Of a stretch of DNA of 64,000 nt, positions 35,431 to 48,607 are shown in pieces. The position numbers were made by a program, and so were the translations under genes. Below the pieces are notes generated by a model that ran no database searches, had not been told where the DNA came from, and was given only the letters and a program-made list of their open reading frames with translations. The DNA comes from Podospora anserina (lineage: Eukaryota), in the NCBI GenBank assembly GCA_017654855.1, contig CM030334.1, positions 3,410,001 to 3,474,000 on the forward strand, given 5' to 3'. Each line of letters opens with the position of its first letter. The stretch's first letter is position 1.

Positions 35431-36470
35431 CTACAGTACGGCTGTGGTTATAAGGATGAGACGGGTAGAGGGTTTCAGAGGCCGGATGTAGAGTCGCTCC
35501 AGACTCGATCCAGACTCGATCCAGAAGGCTCCAGTGCAAGTTGGAACCTGTATCAAGATATCACCAAAGAGGAAAGTAGCTGTATATAGACCTCTAAACT
35601 TAGCCGCTTCACATATTTAGACCTACGGCATGTACATAGACAGTTTTAGGACATTGACGATTCACATGGCCTCTTTATTCTAATGAGGGAGGCCCCATGA
35701 CCCCTGTTTCCGAATCCCGAAAAAGTCATGAGGAGTAGACCAGTCCGCCATCACCCTGTATGTTAGCTGGGTCTTGGGCCAGTAGTCAGTAGCCTATTCG
35801 GAATATCAATTGTAGCTTCATTCTTTTCATGATCTGCTGACTGTGACGTCGCAGAGGGGGACTGGTAGGTTGTTTGAGGACACGATGGGGGGTTGTTGAT
35901 AGGATCTGGCCTCGGGCGGTTGGGGGGTAGAAGTCCTTGACAGGGTTTTGAGAAGACTTGAAGAAGGCTGCGAGAAGGGCTTTGAAAGGTTCATGAGGTT
36001 AAGAATGAGTGGGGCAAGCCGTGTTGGGACTGCTTAAGTTACAGGAGTAATTGAAGAATGTGAACAAATAACAACAAATATTAATAGATATTAATGAATA
36101 TTAATATATATTGTCGAATATTAATGATATCAACATTGCGGTGCGATCATTATAGAACACCAACGAAGTCGACGATAGGTACAGTCATGGTTGTCTGTAA
36201 ACTAGGTATGTTTCTCCTCGCACAACCTCAACACCAACACAGTTGGCGACGACGCCGGCCATTTTCAGCGCGCACACAGTGCTCACGCAAGTATTTTAGT
36301 CTCTAGTTGCTGAGTCATGGGACCAAATGACCACACGACAAGCCACCATATCCTTTGGCCTGTGATCCTCCCCCCTCCCCCCCAGGTAAGTAGAGTCCAC
36401 AGCCTTTCTCTTGCGATTCAGCTACCTAACTTCTTCCCAAGTTCATCATAGACGCAGCCCTTTCGTGTCC

Positions 36471-37334
36471 ATGACGGAGGTGAAGTGGGGAATGCCAAAG
36501 TAGCGTGTTCCGTCGTCTATAAAGTCCTGGTTTGCCCTCGACGACTCAAACACACCATCTTCGACCTTACATTGCCACCTCACCCGCCAATGCCTCCTCT
36601 CCACCCACTGCAGCCCAACCACCACCTGCCTCTGCGCCAAACTCGGCCACCCCTGCAACCCACAGTGCAACTGCCACCCCTCCCAACCCCAACAGCAACT
36701 CCCAACCTGCAATAACCCCCTTTTCCCCCGGAAAGCCCCTCGATACCATCATCGCCCGGGTATTCAGCGATGTCGACGACAACAACAGCAATAAAATCCA
36801 CCCCAACGCCTGCTTCGCCACCTACCTCCTCCGCAACCCCACCTCTCCCGCCGTCACCTCCATGACACCCGAGTCCCTCTTCCGGACCCTCCTCCAAAAC
36901 CTCCGCCCATTCATCGATAGGTTTGAGATGGACCGGGGAATCTTGGACGAAGACGGGAAAAGCCTGACCCAATGGCTCCGCGACTTTGAATAAGTCAAAA
37001 AACTACCAGAGGACAAACCCTGAAAGCAAGAGGTCGCGAAGCGAATTGCTGTTGGTAAGTGCCGCAGAATGAAAGCACTGCCCAGAGACGATGTCCACCT
37101 CGGGTGAGTTTTATTCCTTTTTGTCTCAAGAGCTGGGAAAGCATGCTTGAGATTTGGCACTGTCCAGAGTGCGGCGAGTGCAACAGGCTCAAGGCGTGGC
37201 ATTGCGGGAGGTGCGAGACGTGCAGGGAGTACGACATGGGTCTCTGCCGGGGCTGTGGAGGTGTATCCAAGTTTTTTGTGAATCAGATGGAGCAGAGTGG
37301 AAGAGGAATGGGAGGGGGCTCGGACTGGTCATGA
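36471..37334 (+). pseudogene. Degenerate Cys-rich (CXC/tesmin-like plus C-terminal Cys/His knuckles) gene
   Basis: Pieces in different frames: HCSPTTTCLCAKLGHPCNPQCNC...CNNP, then PNACFATYL..., then FCLKSWE...WHCPECGEC...WHCGRCETC...CRGCGGVS, separated by stops and frameshifts. Confidence 0.55.
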
Positions 37335-37441
37335 TGCGAGAAGAATTTGTGATATAAAAGGTGCAATAACATGCTTGATGTTTATTTTCCAACCCACACA
37401 CACCCTTCGTAAACACAGCTAGGTAGACACATCCAAAATGA

Positions 37442-39821
37442 TTAAACACCGTTCCTTCTTCTCCCGCCCTGCTTGCTCTTGGCAATGTGATTCGTCAACG
37501 CCTTCTTCGTCTCGACCAAACTCCTCTTGTTCTTGGCCCTCGCCTTGCCAATCGTCATCAAGAAATTCTTCTTCCTCGCCTTCTCCTTGTTGGTCGTGCT
37601 CTTGCCCTCGGCCTCCTTCTTGCTCTTCCTGATGGCCTGAGTAGACTTGTGTTCCTCCCTGCCTGGCTTGCCATCTCTCGCCAGAGCCACCCTCTCCTCC
37701 TTGGTCGACTTCTTGCCCAACATAGCCGGAAGCTCGATATCCTCAGCTGTAACCCCGTCCTCAATGTGCTTCTCGATAAGCTCCTTCTTGCGCTTGGACT
37801 GCGTCGTGCCCAGCATCTTGTCAAGCTTGGCCTCCCGACGAAGTTCCTGCAGCTTGGCCAAATCAGCCGGCGTCAAAATGGTCGTCGTGGCAAGCTTCGT
37901 TATCCTTTCCGCCTCAGCCGCCGGGTCTTCCTTTTCCACAAGGTCGGGCGCCTCATCGCCATCGTCATCATCACCGCCCTTGGTCTTCCTCGCCTTCTTC
38001 TTGGCAGGCCCGTCATCTTCCTCGTCACTGCTGACGTCGATCCACCCGCCAGAGGATTCGCTGTCCGTAGAACCAATCTCCCACTCGTCAGAGTTGAACC
38101 CGTCATCCTCCTCATCGTCGTCCTTCTTCGCCTTCTTCTCGCCGTTCTCATCCTCCTCTGCCTCTTCGGCGGCCTTCTTCTTCTTTTGCTCCTCCTTGTA
38201 CCGGGCCAACAACTCCAGACCCTCGATACCGCCCTCTTCTTCCTCGCCGAACCTGCGCAGCTTGATCTCGCCTGATCTCAAGCCCATGGTGGCTTGCTTG
38301 CCGCGGAACTTCTTTTGCAGCAACTCGGGGTAGACCTCTCTGTAGAGTGACTGCAGACCCTTGGCAGCCATAACAACACCCTTATCCTTGCTCTTTTGGT
38401 ACATGACCAGATCCTGGAGGAGGGTCTCGTTCATGCACAGCGGCTGGCGCATGGCCACCTCCCTGATGGAATTGATACCTGCCGCGCACACCTCAACTGC
38501 TGAAGCTTCCGAGACAAACTCGTTGGCGATCTTCACAATCAATGGCTCAATGACATCGGGTGGGACGAGGTTGTGTGTTGCCTGGGCCAGGGAAGCCAGG
38601 AAAGAGGTGACGTTGGCCTGTTTGGGTGACAGGTACTTGACGAACCAGGAGTAGAGCGAGATGATGGTCAGCTTGTGCAGACCGACCAAACGGGTCACAA
38701 GCTGGAGGACAAGAAGCTTGTTCTCGAGAGAGAACTTGTTCTTGGTGTTCTGGAGGTGCTTCTGGAAGAGCTTCTCGGCGAAGCCCTGAGGGTCGTGGAT
38801 AAGATGGAGCGCCGAGAAGTTGAGGGGATGTGGCGCATGCTTCTTCTTTTCTTGCCTAATGTTGTTGTGTTAGCCACTACCTTGCTTCGGGTCTCTTGTT
38901 TCGTCAACACGTACTTCTTGATCTTTTCGATCGCCTTCTCATACTGCTTCGACCTCTTCTTGGTCTTCTTGTTGATCGTCCCCTGATGCTTGACCTTCTT
39001 AAGATCAACATCATCATCACTGGCATCATCTTCCAACGCCTCCTCTCTCTCCTTGTCACCGCCCAGAAAGAATCTCACACCACCCACCACAACCTTCTCA
39101 TTGTCGCTCAAGCAGGCCTCCTTCATGACATCGACCGGTCGCGCATCGTTCCAGACCTGTCTTCTCCACAATTCTCTCGTGATACGGCAAGCCCACATTC
39201 CCTTGGTCGAAGTCCTGTCAGACGTGACCAAATTGTGCAGCACCGTCTGAATCGTCCGGTTCAACTTGTGATTCGTGGTCTTGTTGTTTGCCTCCCTCAA
39301 ATCGCTGATAATCTTGGTGTACAGCAGAGATCGGAGCGTCTTGCTTGGTGTGTTGATCAAAATAGGAAATAGCGTCGTCAGCAGGCTCGTCGAGTCGATC
39401 ACATCCTTCCTCTTCAGCAGCACCAAGCTGCCCACAATCTTCTCCCTGAGCTCCTTGTCGAGAACGGCATGGTGCTGGTTGAGCAACTCCTTCAGATGAT
39501 CCGGAAATGGGGCGGTAATCTCGGGGTAGAGGTTCGCGACGTGCGCGACAAGATCGACCAAGTCGTGGAACTTCTTGACGTCCTCACTAGAAGCCGTGGC
39601 GGGAGAGGAGACGAAAATCTGGCGCTGGGCGTCGTAGGCGAGCCATTGGTCGTAGAATTCCTGCGCATAAGATCTGTCGATTGCGAAAGCTTCTAGTTAG
39701 CGATCAATTGGCGAAAGAGGGTTGGAAATGCGGCACACCTGGGATCTCTGCGAATCTTGTACTGCAAACTGACCAGGTCAGCCTCGACCTTTTCGAGCGC
39801 GGCAACCTTTCTTTTCGGCAT
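37442..39821 (-). CDS. SDA1: SDA1, 60S ribosome biogenesis factor; introns 39674-39738 and 38856-38914
   Basis: LQYKIRRDP-SY, LLTTLFPIL, ELWRRQVWND, LNFSALHL, IANEFVSE, STTNKEKARKKNFLM; canonical splice sites. Confidence 0.95.
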
Positions 39822-39943
39822 CTTTTCCCAAGGCGACAGCGGCGGTGCTGGCGATTGATGGGCGGTTGGATTGGGTGTGTTGGACGGTGGTTGTTGACTG
39901 TCAGTCTAGATTTTTTTACTTTGTTGCTGGCAGACCAGGACTG

Positions 39944-39958
39944 CGATAAGGCTTATCG
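39944..39958. promoter_or_regulatory. Palindromic CGATAAG-G-CTTATCG element ~120 bp upstream of SDA1
   Basis: Perfect 7-bp inverted repeat with 1-nt spacer; GATAAG core resembles the PAC-like ribosome-biogenesis element. Confidence 0.55.
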
Positions 39959-40593
39959 GCTACTTTTCAGTGGGGCTTCCCCAAGCTGATGCGGGGCCAC
40001 TCTGCAGGCGTTCATCCAATGATTCAGGAACCCCCCATCCTTAAATCCGGTGAGTGCAAGCTCTCCATAAACAGTACCTTCAAGTCACATGAGAACAAGA
40101 CGGAACAAGAATTAGATGATATGCAAATTAACGGAGTTGAGGCACATATACCTAGTGTATAGTGCATTCAGTTACATTGGTCCTTATCCCTCGCTATCAC
40201 GCAAAAAAAAAAAAAAAAAAACCTCTACCGAATGTTTTTATCCGTAGTGCGCTCATCCAGCTCTTTGCCTTCTTTCCTCACATGTAGAGCTCCCAAATGG
40301 TCTCTCAAGGAACCTCCCCCATCATCAATCGTCATACACCCAGTCATTCTTCCAAGCGAAAAAAAGAAATACATCGCATGTCGCCGTTTTGGCCTGTGTA
40401 AGGATGACGTCCTTGCAATAAAGCCCAAGACCTTGTCCCAAAAAGAAAACCCAAGGGTAACCGCCAGCTCGCTCCAAACGCCCTTGATGAGCTCTCATCA
40501 ACCTCAAAACGAATAAAAGAATATACGGAAGACCCAGAAAGGATATGCACAAAGAAAAGTAATCCCAAGAGCTCAGGCAGCAATCAAGCGCTT

Positions 40594-42431
40594 CTACAAG
40601 CCGACACCCAACATCTCCAACCTGGATGCGATACAATCCAACTTGGAGGTAAGCCGTTGTATCCTCGCGACAGCCCTGTCCGCAACCGCTTCATCCTCGG
40701 TAGTGTTCACCAATTCGTACCGGCTGAGTGCCTTCTCGGGTTCAATGCCACTGAAGGTGTCCAGTTCAGACACGGACTGGGAGAGGGCCTCGACGTCAAG
40801 TTCAACTGGGCTGGTCACTGACTCGGTAGGAGCAGGAGAGTCGTGGTAGAGGACGAAATCGGGGTTATTCTCAAACTCCTCATTGATGGGAGCGGGCTCT
40901 TGCTTCTTGGCCTCGGCGAGGGTCGGTGCCTGCTCGATGACGGGCATGTCTTTGTCATCATCGTCCGAATCGAACTGTTGACCAACAAAGTTGCTGGTCT
41001 TGCCAGAGAGAAGGTTGGCATCAAAGATGGGCTCGGGGGTCTCGAGGACAGCAAAGACCTGGGGCTGGTATGAGAAGCCATCGCTGGGCTCCATGTTTAC
41101 CAGCGAGGAGAAGTCAACCTGCTCAGGAACCATGGCCAGACCGATTTGCTGGTTGTGGAGCTGTTGTTGAGCGGCATATGGGTTGATGTCCTTGGGCAAC
41201 TGACGCTGCTGCTCTGGTTGGGAGGTCTGCTGAGGCTGAGACTGGGGAAGCATCTGAGGATTTGCGCTCAACTGGTTGAGGAAATCAGAGAAGGAGGGAG
41301 AGCCAAGAAGCATGCGTGTGAGGTCGGTGAGACGCTTGTTCTCATCAACCAGGGCGCGGTTCTGGGCACGAAGATCGCCGTTCTCGGTGACCTTGTTGGC
41401 GATTTCACTTTCAAGCTGGGTGATGTATTCTGTGAGGGTGTTAGTGATATGCTCATGATAAACAACACGTTGATGCACTTACCCTTTCTCCTGGATCTGA
41501 AAGCACGGGCGGACACCTTATTTCTGAGCTGTCGTCTTTCCTTGCTGCTAAGCTTCTTGCCCTCTTCACTTGCGAGCAGCCTCTCATCCTCATCCATGTC
41601 GTCCTCGTCCTTCTTTGGGCGGGGAATGTTGAGGACGGTATTGTTCTGGGAGGGCTCCTCTGAGGTCTTGGCGCGCATAGAGTTAAGAAGCTGAGTAATC
41701 TTCTGCTCGACAATAGGGTCGCTGGCCTGCGGTGACTTGGCCTTCTGTGCGGACTTGTTTTGTTGCTGTTGAGCCTGCACACGCTGTCTTTGCTGTTGCT
41801 GTTGCTGTTGTTGCTGCTGCTGCTGCTGCTTGGCCAAGGCTGCCTGTTGGTGCATGCCGGGCCAAACGCGACCGGGCTGGAACACCTGAGGCGGCGGCGA
41901 GGACAGCCCGGATGGCTCCTGTGGACCGATGTTGCTCGGGTTGATGGTGGACTCGTAGAAGAAGGTCGGATCCGATGAGGGCGAGTCGAAGTCCATGGTG
42001 TCCAACTCGGGCGACGTCATCGACCCCTGCGACGGCGCCGTGTTAAAATCGAACAACTCATCGTTGGTGCCCATGTTGAGATAATCAAAACTCCCGAATC
42101 CGGTGTTGTATCCTTGAAGATGGGCGTTGGGCTGGTTGAGCGAAAAGGTTGTTGCGATGGCTCCGGGAACAATACCGGTTTGTTGTTTGTAGAGGTCGTA
42201 CTGGTGGCTGGGCCCGCTTAGCGTCTGGTTGGTCTGGAGCAGGGTGTTTGCCGTTGTTGTCTCGGCCTTGATCGGTCGCGCAAACACGCCCTTGTTCGAG
42301 CCGGCAGGTGAAAGAGAGGGAGACTGGTAGAGGTTGTTGGTGTCGTAGTCGGAAAAGTCGACAAAAGAATCGAGGGTATCAATCAACCCAGGCTGCGTCG
42401 CAGCCGGGCTCGTTGACATAGGCGCTGACAT
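40594..42431 (-). CDS. bZIP transcription factor (MBZ1/LziP-like); intron 41430-41482; polyQ tract
   Basis: Basic region LSSKERRQLRNKVSARAFRSRRK spliced to zipper EYITQLESEIANKVTENGDLRAQNRAL. An additional 5' exon cannot be excluded. Confidence 0.9.
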
Positions 42432-45292
42432 AGCTTGCCCCCCAGGGGAAATAGGACTGCAGTGATCAGGTCAGGAGTGACTGATCAGTAGGTCAGGGAG
42501 GTAGGTGTTCTCGGCGTCGACGTGTTCGTTGTCGTCGAGAGTTGCGTGGTTTCGTGGATTTGTAGCAGGCAGGTGGTTTGTTGTAGTTTTCAAAGGGGCA
42601 GCCGGAGCAGGTGTTGGAGGGAAGGGGTGCGGGTTGTGGGAGTTGGGGGGATTTTCAGTCTATGGGTGCCTGGGAAGGCCAGCGGTTTGGGCAGTGGTCG
42701 GGGCGCTTGGCATCCCGTTGCAGGGAGTGGGTCTGGTTGGACGAACCAATGCAGGCTGACAGGGATTGTGTCACTCTGTGAGGGGGGGACGCGTAATCCA
42801 ATGCCCAGAGCACCCCTCGCCCAATTGGAGGAGCAGCCCTGCTAACAGCCGGTACCTTGTTTCCCACCGTTTTCTGTGCTCTTTGAGTACCTCGGCCAAA
42901 TTCCTTCTAGTCTTCTCCCCTGCGGCTGCGGTCTGAGGGTGACGAAGCCGACTGCTCCTTTGGGAAGAAGGACAGCTTGCTGACGGTGTGCAAAAGGCCC
43001 CAAAATTGATGCCTTGACGACTCGCTGCACAAGTTGACGTTGACAGCACCTTTGTGACGACTACCTCGGTGCGGGGAAGCTGTTTGAGCCTCTTGACTCT
43101 GTCTCTATCTTCTTCATTCTCATTCTCATTCCCGGTTCATTGCTCAATTGTGCGGACGGGAGGCAGTTCTCGGCGGATGGACGGACATGTCGGACACAAT
43201 GGGGTCGAAACACCAGAAAACAGCGGGTCGCCATCCGGGCAGTGCAGATATCAACTCAGAAATTGTGCAATCCTGTTGGTCAACAAGCATCTGCACAGCC
43301 TCCTAGCTTCTTTGCTACCCATTCGCTCTTGGTACTGATATTCGTGTTGGGGAGAGCATTCTGAAACTTTGACAGCATGACTAACATGTGCATCCCACCC
43401 AAACTACCAGAGAATCCTCCACTGGCTGGGACTTATTAGACGTGATACTCTCCGCGCTCCCAACCCCTGATAATTCCGAGCTGTTGATATGGCACAAGAA
43501 CCTCGATGGCCCCGTTTGTAAAACAAAACGTCCAATGTGGAGTTTCATGCAACAACCGCCGGCCCCATCGCCCCGTTGGGCTCCATTCTCTCCGTACAGT
43601 ATGTAGAAGACTCTTTACTTGCGAAGCCAGCTGATGGACTATCAGTAGCTAGACGAGGCCAAACACCGCCTCGCAGATAGGCTTTTCCAACCCATCCCTC
43701 AGCAGACATTGAATGAAGACTTTGGGTGTTTGGCCACCACAAAAATGGCCAGAGTTGCAGAATGCATCACCGGAACAGCAGGACAAAGCAGCTACAGTGC
43801 CCCTGTCTCAACTCCGGGAGCAAGACCGGAACGGTGAACGGACGTGGCGCCCACCGAGCGACCGGGCGCTTGCAACGGAACAAAATCCCGTCTTCGGTGA
43901 ACAAGATCAACCCCCCATTCCCGCACCGGACACGGGGAGCGTAAAACGTTGTTTCAACCGATTGTCGGGGCTTCCAAGCCGCCGATCTACCGACCCCCCA
44001 GCCTTGTGGAACCTTTCTCTCCCTTCTTTTCTGCAGATCAACGCCTTCACTAGCCACAGCTCTTGGCGCGCTTGATGACTGTGCGAACAAAAATAGCAAC
44101 AGCCCCAGATCTCTTCCATCATAAACCCACACTCCACACTTTTCACTGCCGACGACATGCAACCAAATCAGACGGGGACCTTTGATGAGGCTTGAGCATT
44201 CCTCGTCCCATACCATATCCTGATGAAAGCCACAAGAGACACGAGGTTGCCGGCGGCCTCCCATTTCAACGGGAACTCCCGCATTATTATCACCAGCGGC
44301 ACAACATCCAATTCAAACCCCATCATCCCCAGAATGGTAGTAGCCGAGATTGACGATTGAGGCTGTGAAAGTCTGCGATGGTAAGGAGACCACTGTCACA
44401 CCACCGCCGACATAATACGTGTATTTGAACTGCATGCCAAACCTCGCCTTTGTCGGTCTCGTCACCTTTTGCAAGACATGAAATTGGATGCTTCAAACAC
44501 GAACCACCGAACAGCAAATAGCCCAGCCAGCCAGCCAGACCGCCAGCAGCATCAACAAGCCCGAAGCTAGCGTCTCCGCAGGGCAGCGCATGTTCTATTC
44601 CGGTCCCCTGGCAAGGCACCGTGATCTTGAGTCCGTTTGCGCAAAGTCAAACCTTCAGCAGTGTCAGTGAGTGCCTACACTAGAGCGAAAAGCCCCTATC
44701 AATCCCTCGCAGGTCATGAAGCATCATGCCTTGCAAAGAACGGGTATCGATGTCATGTTGCCTATTTCAGGGTCTTTCCCTGCATGACTTGTTTTCCCAT
44801 CCCAACAGAAAATTCAACGGGACTCCCGGCGCATGACCATGCCTCTCCCGTCACTGCCATCCGCCCTTCGGTCTCCGGTCTCGAAAACAGGTTTAAAGAG
44901 AGTGACATCAGTTGTGTGTGCGCCACAACCTTCTCTTTGACATGTGGCTCAGCATGCGTGCGGGATAGCTGTGGCGTCAGTGTGCTGTCAGTCGGAACTT
45001 TGCCACACTTGCCCATTTGGGCATTACTTGTGGCTGTGTGGCTGTGCTCACAGCGTCGTTTGTGAGTGGTGCTTCGGCAGATCATGGCTCGATCGACGGC
45101 CACAGACGCCCGCATCAAGGTTTTGGAATCCCACAGATCATTGGGGATCGACTTCGTGTTTGGCTTTGTCTGCCGATCTCCGGATAGGATATCCTGTCGG
45201 GTGCTATGGAAGTCATATTGACGAAGTTGGTCCGATGATGGAAATCCACAAAAGGGGGCATGTCAAGGGTTAGGGTTATATAACTGTCCTCC

Positions 45293-47782
45293 TTATCCAA
45301 GCACCACTGACTCCCATGATGGTCTCAAATCTGTCCAAGCGATGAGGTCGACTACACCGCTGGCTAGACGGTAGAGTACCCCATCTATCTCTTCCGTGAT
45401 CAAAACACAGAGACCCCATGGAGCTCCTGGCGCGAAATCCTTCCACCCAGGTTGACCATAACTCCGAACATCCCACGCCACCCCAGCCCCGATAACCACG
45501 ACGCGATACGTCCTGCTTGGATCATCAAATATCTGCTCAGCCCACTGCTTCTCCATGAGCATTGTCCTCCCAACGAAGGGAAGCTTGTCGATGTTCGTAT
45601 CTGGCTTCGGGGCGGAGGTCATCATATCAAAGCAGACAGCCGTAGCAGGCGTGTTGAACAATGTCTGTTTCGCCGGGTGAAGCCACAGCGACGCGCAAGT
45701 CGTGGTAAACACCAGCGACCCCGGGATCCTTTCCCCTTTTCCCCTCGCTTCATCACTTATCCCCTCGTACCGTCTCGCCTTCCAAGGATTATGCCAACAC
45801 CCCCTCCACGAATGCGCCCTCGTCTCCCACTCCCCCCTCTCTGCCAGCCTATCCCCCCTCACCCACTCCTCATCCAAATAATCCCAAAACTCTTCCTCAG
45901 TCATGTAGTCTAACCCGAACCAAGTCTTGTCCTCTACCACCCTCCTCACCTGCTTCTTATCAGAATACCAAAACGTCACCAAATTTCCCACGTCAGAGGG
46001 GTAATACCCCCTAAAATACCTCAGCCCGGGTCCATACAGATTCGGCGTGCCAGCACTCCCACCCCCCTCCCCCCTCAACCCAAACGTAGCCCTAAACCCA
46101 GGCCCGTAATCCACTATCCCGTCCCAGCTCGCCCAACTCCAACTCGGGATCCCCAACGTTTCATCCCTCCCGACGGCAAAATCATCTGACCGCCATAGCA
46201 GCCCCTGGAGGAGATACCGCTCCGGAATCCCAAACAACATCTCCGTTTCCATTCGTGACGAGAGCACATTCCCCACCCCGGCAAACGCGTTGAGGATATC
46301 ACTTCTGAAGGACAGTTCCCTCATGGAGTAAGGAATCGCGCAGCAGGCGTAGGCAACAAAACTTGGTTCAACTTGCAGCCCCGAGGTGGAAGAGTCATGG
46401 ACTGTGTCGGCCCCCACCCGGGTGTCATGCTCCCATCTTGCACCTTGGTAACAACTAAAATACGCGCGCTGATCATCAACAAACACCAACCTTCTTGACA
46501 GCTTTCGTTCCTGAAATGTCCACCCCCTTGCATCCCATCTTGAGCCTCTGATAGCTCTGTCTGCTGCAGGGCCATAGGCAAGACCGATGGAGCTTTCAAA
46601 CGGGCCGTCCCATAGGCCGTAAAGGGCTTCGGGGGAAGTGTCTTTGGGGTGGGAGGAAACACCCGGGAGTCCGGGTTTGGAACTCAAGGCAACAATGGTG
46701 AAATCCGCCATGTGGTAGATGCGATCCATGGCGGTGATTTGGAAGTGTTTGCTTTTTGCGTCGTCCTGGATGATGCAGAGTCTGTCGACCCAGAGGTAGC
46801 GTTTGCCGAGGTCGCGGCAGAGTTGGATTGCGTCTGCCAGGACTGGGGGAAGACGGCTGATATCGAGACCGTGATCACGAGAAAGTAGGTCAATGTTGTC
46901 GAGCTGAAGTTGGAGCTCATCTGCTGGGGTTGGAGAGGTTGTTTCTGGAGTGGCTGCCGCCCAGCAGTAGCTAAGCGCGACATAGTCTGCGTTGGGTGTT
47001 GTCCAGTCCACGATCCTGTTGAGTTGGGTGTCTATCAATCGGAGACCTGGTGGTGCCACCATTGGCATGAGGAGGTCGTTACATTCGTCTCCGTGGTTGT
47101 GCCGGCAGTCGTCTAACCATGCGGTCAAGTTGGGGAGTGAGATGGGATTTGGCATCCATTTTTCGACATGCTGGAGGTCGTAGCTGTCGTGGCGGTAATA
47201 AAGCACCAGCTTGAGGACGAGGGGTGTGAATGAAGAGGTCCCGTTGCTTTGAGTAAGGATGACGCCGGGTAGAATACAGATTCGGCCTGTAAGCGAGGCG
47301 TTCGGCGATGGTGCTGCTGTGAGAGTTGACGAATCTGTGTAGGCTGTTGAGGCAACATGCCTCATCAGGAATGGCCTCCACAGACCAAACTTGAGGGCAG
47401 ATTTTGAGCCATTAGAGATATGCTGCTGGCCAAAATGTTGAACTGAGTCGCTGACGAGCTGACATATCATACAGCCTCGACGACCTTTGAAGGCATTGAG
47501 GTCCTGGTATGCTATGTCGTCGAATGTGTGTGGGTGAACACCTCTAGGCCCCTGAGACCCGCGGTTCATGAAACGATAAGCGTCCAACTTCAGGTAGCTG
47601 GGCTCGTCGCAAATTCGAAGGTGGGGGATATCATTCCAAGACTGACAGTTGCCGCATAGGCGTGGGTTGGGAGGGTGTTGCCCCTCACATATCGTGCATG
47701 GCAGTTCAGGTGCTTCGGTGTCGTTGTCAAGCGAAATATCTCGGTCATGAGACATGGCGGATGTTGATAAACCAACCATCAT
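45293..47782 (-). CDS. HET-domain protein, TOL/PIN-C-like subtype, 829 aa
   Basis: YVALSYCW, RYLWVDRLCIIQDD, MDRIYHMADFTIVA, WDARGWTFQERKLSRR, PSWSWASW. Confidence 0.92.
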   Translation of the reverse strand: MMVGLSTSAMSHDRDISLDNDTEAPELPCTICEGQHPPNPRLCGNCQSWNDIPHLRICDEPSYLKLDAYRFMNRGSQGPRGVHPHTFDDIAYQDLNAFKGRRGCMICQLVSDSVQHFGQQHISNGSKSALKFGLWRPFLMRHVASTAYTDSSTLTAAPSPNASLTGRICILPGVILTQSNGTSSFTPLVLKLVLYYRHDSYDLQHVEKWMPNPISLPNLTAWLDDCRHNHGDECNDLLMPMVAPPGLRLIDTQLNRIVDWTTPNADYVALSYCWAAATPETTSPTPADELQLQLDNIDLLSRDHGLDISRLPPVLADAIQLCRDLGKRYLWVDRLCIIQDDAKSKHFQITAMDRIYHMADFTIVALSSKPGLPGVSSHPKDTSPEALYGLWDGPFESSIGLAYGPAADRAIRGSRWDARGWTFQERKLSRRLVFVDDQRAYFSCYQGARWEHDTRVGADTVHDSSTSGLQVEPSFVAYACCAIPYSMRELSFRSDILNAFAGVGNVLSSRMETEMLFGIPERYLLQGLLWRSDDFAVGRDETLGIPSWSWASWDGIVDYGPGFRATFGLRGEGGGSAGTPNLYGPGLRYFRGYYPSDVGNLVTFWYSDKKQVRRVVEDKTWFGLDYMTEEEFWDYLDEEWVRGDRLAERGEWETRAHSWRGCWHNPWKARRYEGISDEARGKGERIPGSLVFTTTCASLWLHPAKQTLFNTPATAVCFDMMTSAPKPDTNIDKLPFVGRTMLMEKQWAEQIFDDPSRTYRVVVIGAGVAWDVRSYGQPGWKDFAPGAPWGLCVLITEEIDGVLYRLASGVVDLIAWTDLRPSWESVVLG

Positions 47783-48607
47783 AAGTCTAAGGAGCCCTAT
47801 ATTCTATGTTGATGTCGAACAGAATAGTGGACCGACGGAATTGATGCCCAATGGCTCCCGCTTATGAGAGATAGCTGTAGGAAACTCATTACTGCATCTA
47901 ATCAACAAGCTACTGGTGCTACCTAAGGTACACACCAATGAATGACCCCTCAGCACAAGAAAGATAGTGTCGAAACAAAACAGCACAGAGTGAACCTGAA
48001 AATGACGTAGGTAGGCAGTATTCAACCCATCAAAATGGTTTGAGCAGGATGGCGGAAACTCCGCGTGCCAATACCTAGACCGAAAACCAGACAGACAAGC
48101 ACGGCACCTAGATGGGGAACCGTGGCGCAACAACTAGCAGAGCTGCAGATTCCACACCTGCATCACCTCAGGTGTTACGCTCCAGGCTCCCTTCCTACTG
48201 CGTGGAGGTGCACCATTTCTATTCCGTCAAGTCGCGGTCGGTGAACTTTCCCGCGTTCCATCTCAAATATCTTGCTGACATGTGTAGGAAGACAAGAAGA
48301 GGCCTTTTTTTTCAACAGAAAACTATTGCCTCGTCGCACGCCCACAACATGAGCATTGAGAGCATTCTTTGCAAAGCACGGTATTGACAGAGGCTCGCCA
48401 TGCCCAACCGCAACTTCCATCACCGCCGATGGTGTGCCTATTGATGCGCCTTCGATGACAACCAGGCACACAGCCGCAGCCACATTCATGCGGGGTTGAC
48501 CACCTGTTGGATTAAAAGAAATCGACCTGACCTTATGGGACTCGAGCACCCGGATTTTTCCTTTGTTTTGACGACTGCTACCATTGCATTTCCCAGACTT
48601 CCTCATC

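Noticed and set aside
36060-36130. Short very AT-rich patch; similar mild AT-richness at 26400-26900
   Set aside because: No terminal repeats or transposase/RT remnants, so a RIP-degraded transposon cannot be supported.
37487-38333. Long + strand ORFs (262 and 228 aa)
   Set aside because: Antisense shadows of SDA1 caused by codon bias.
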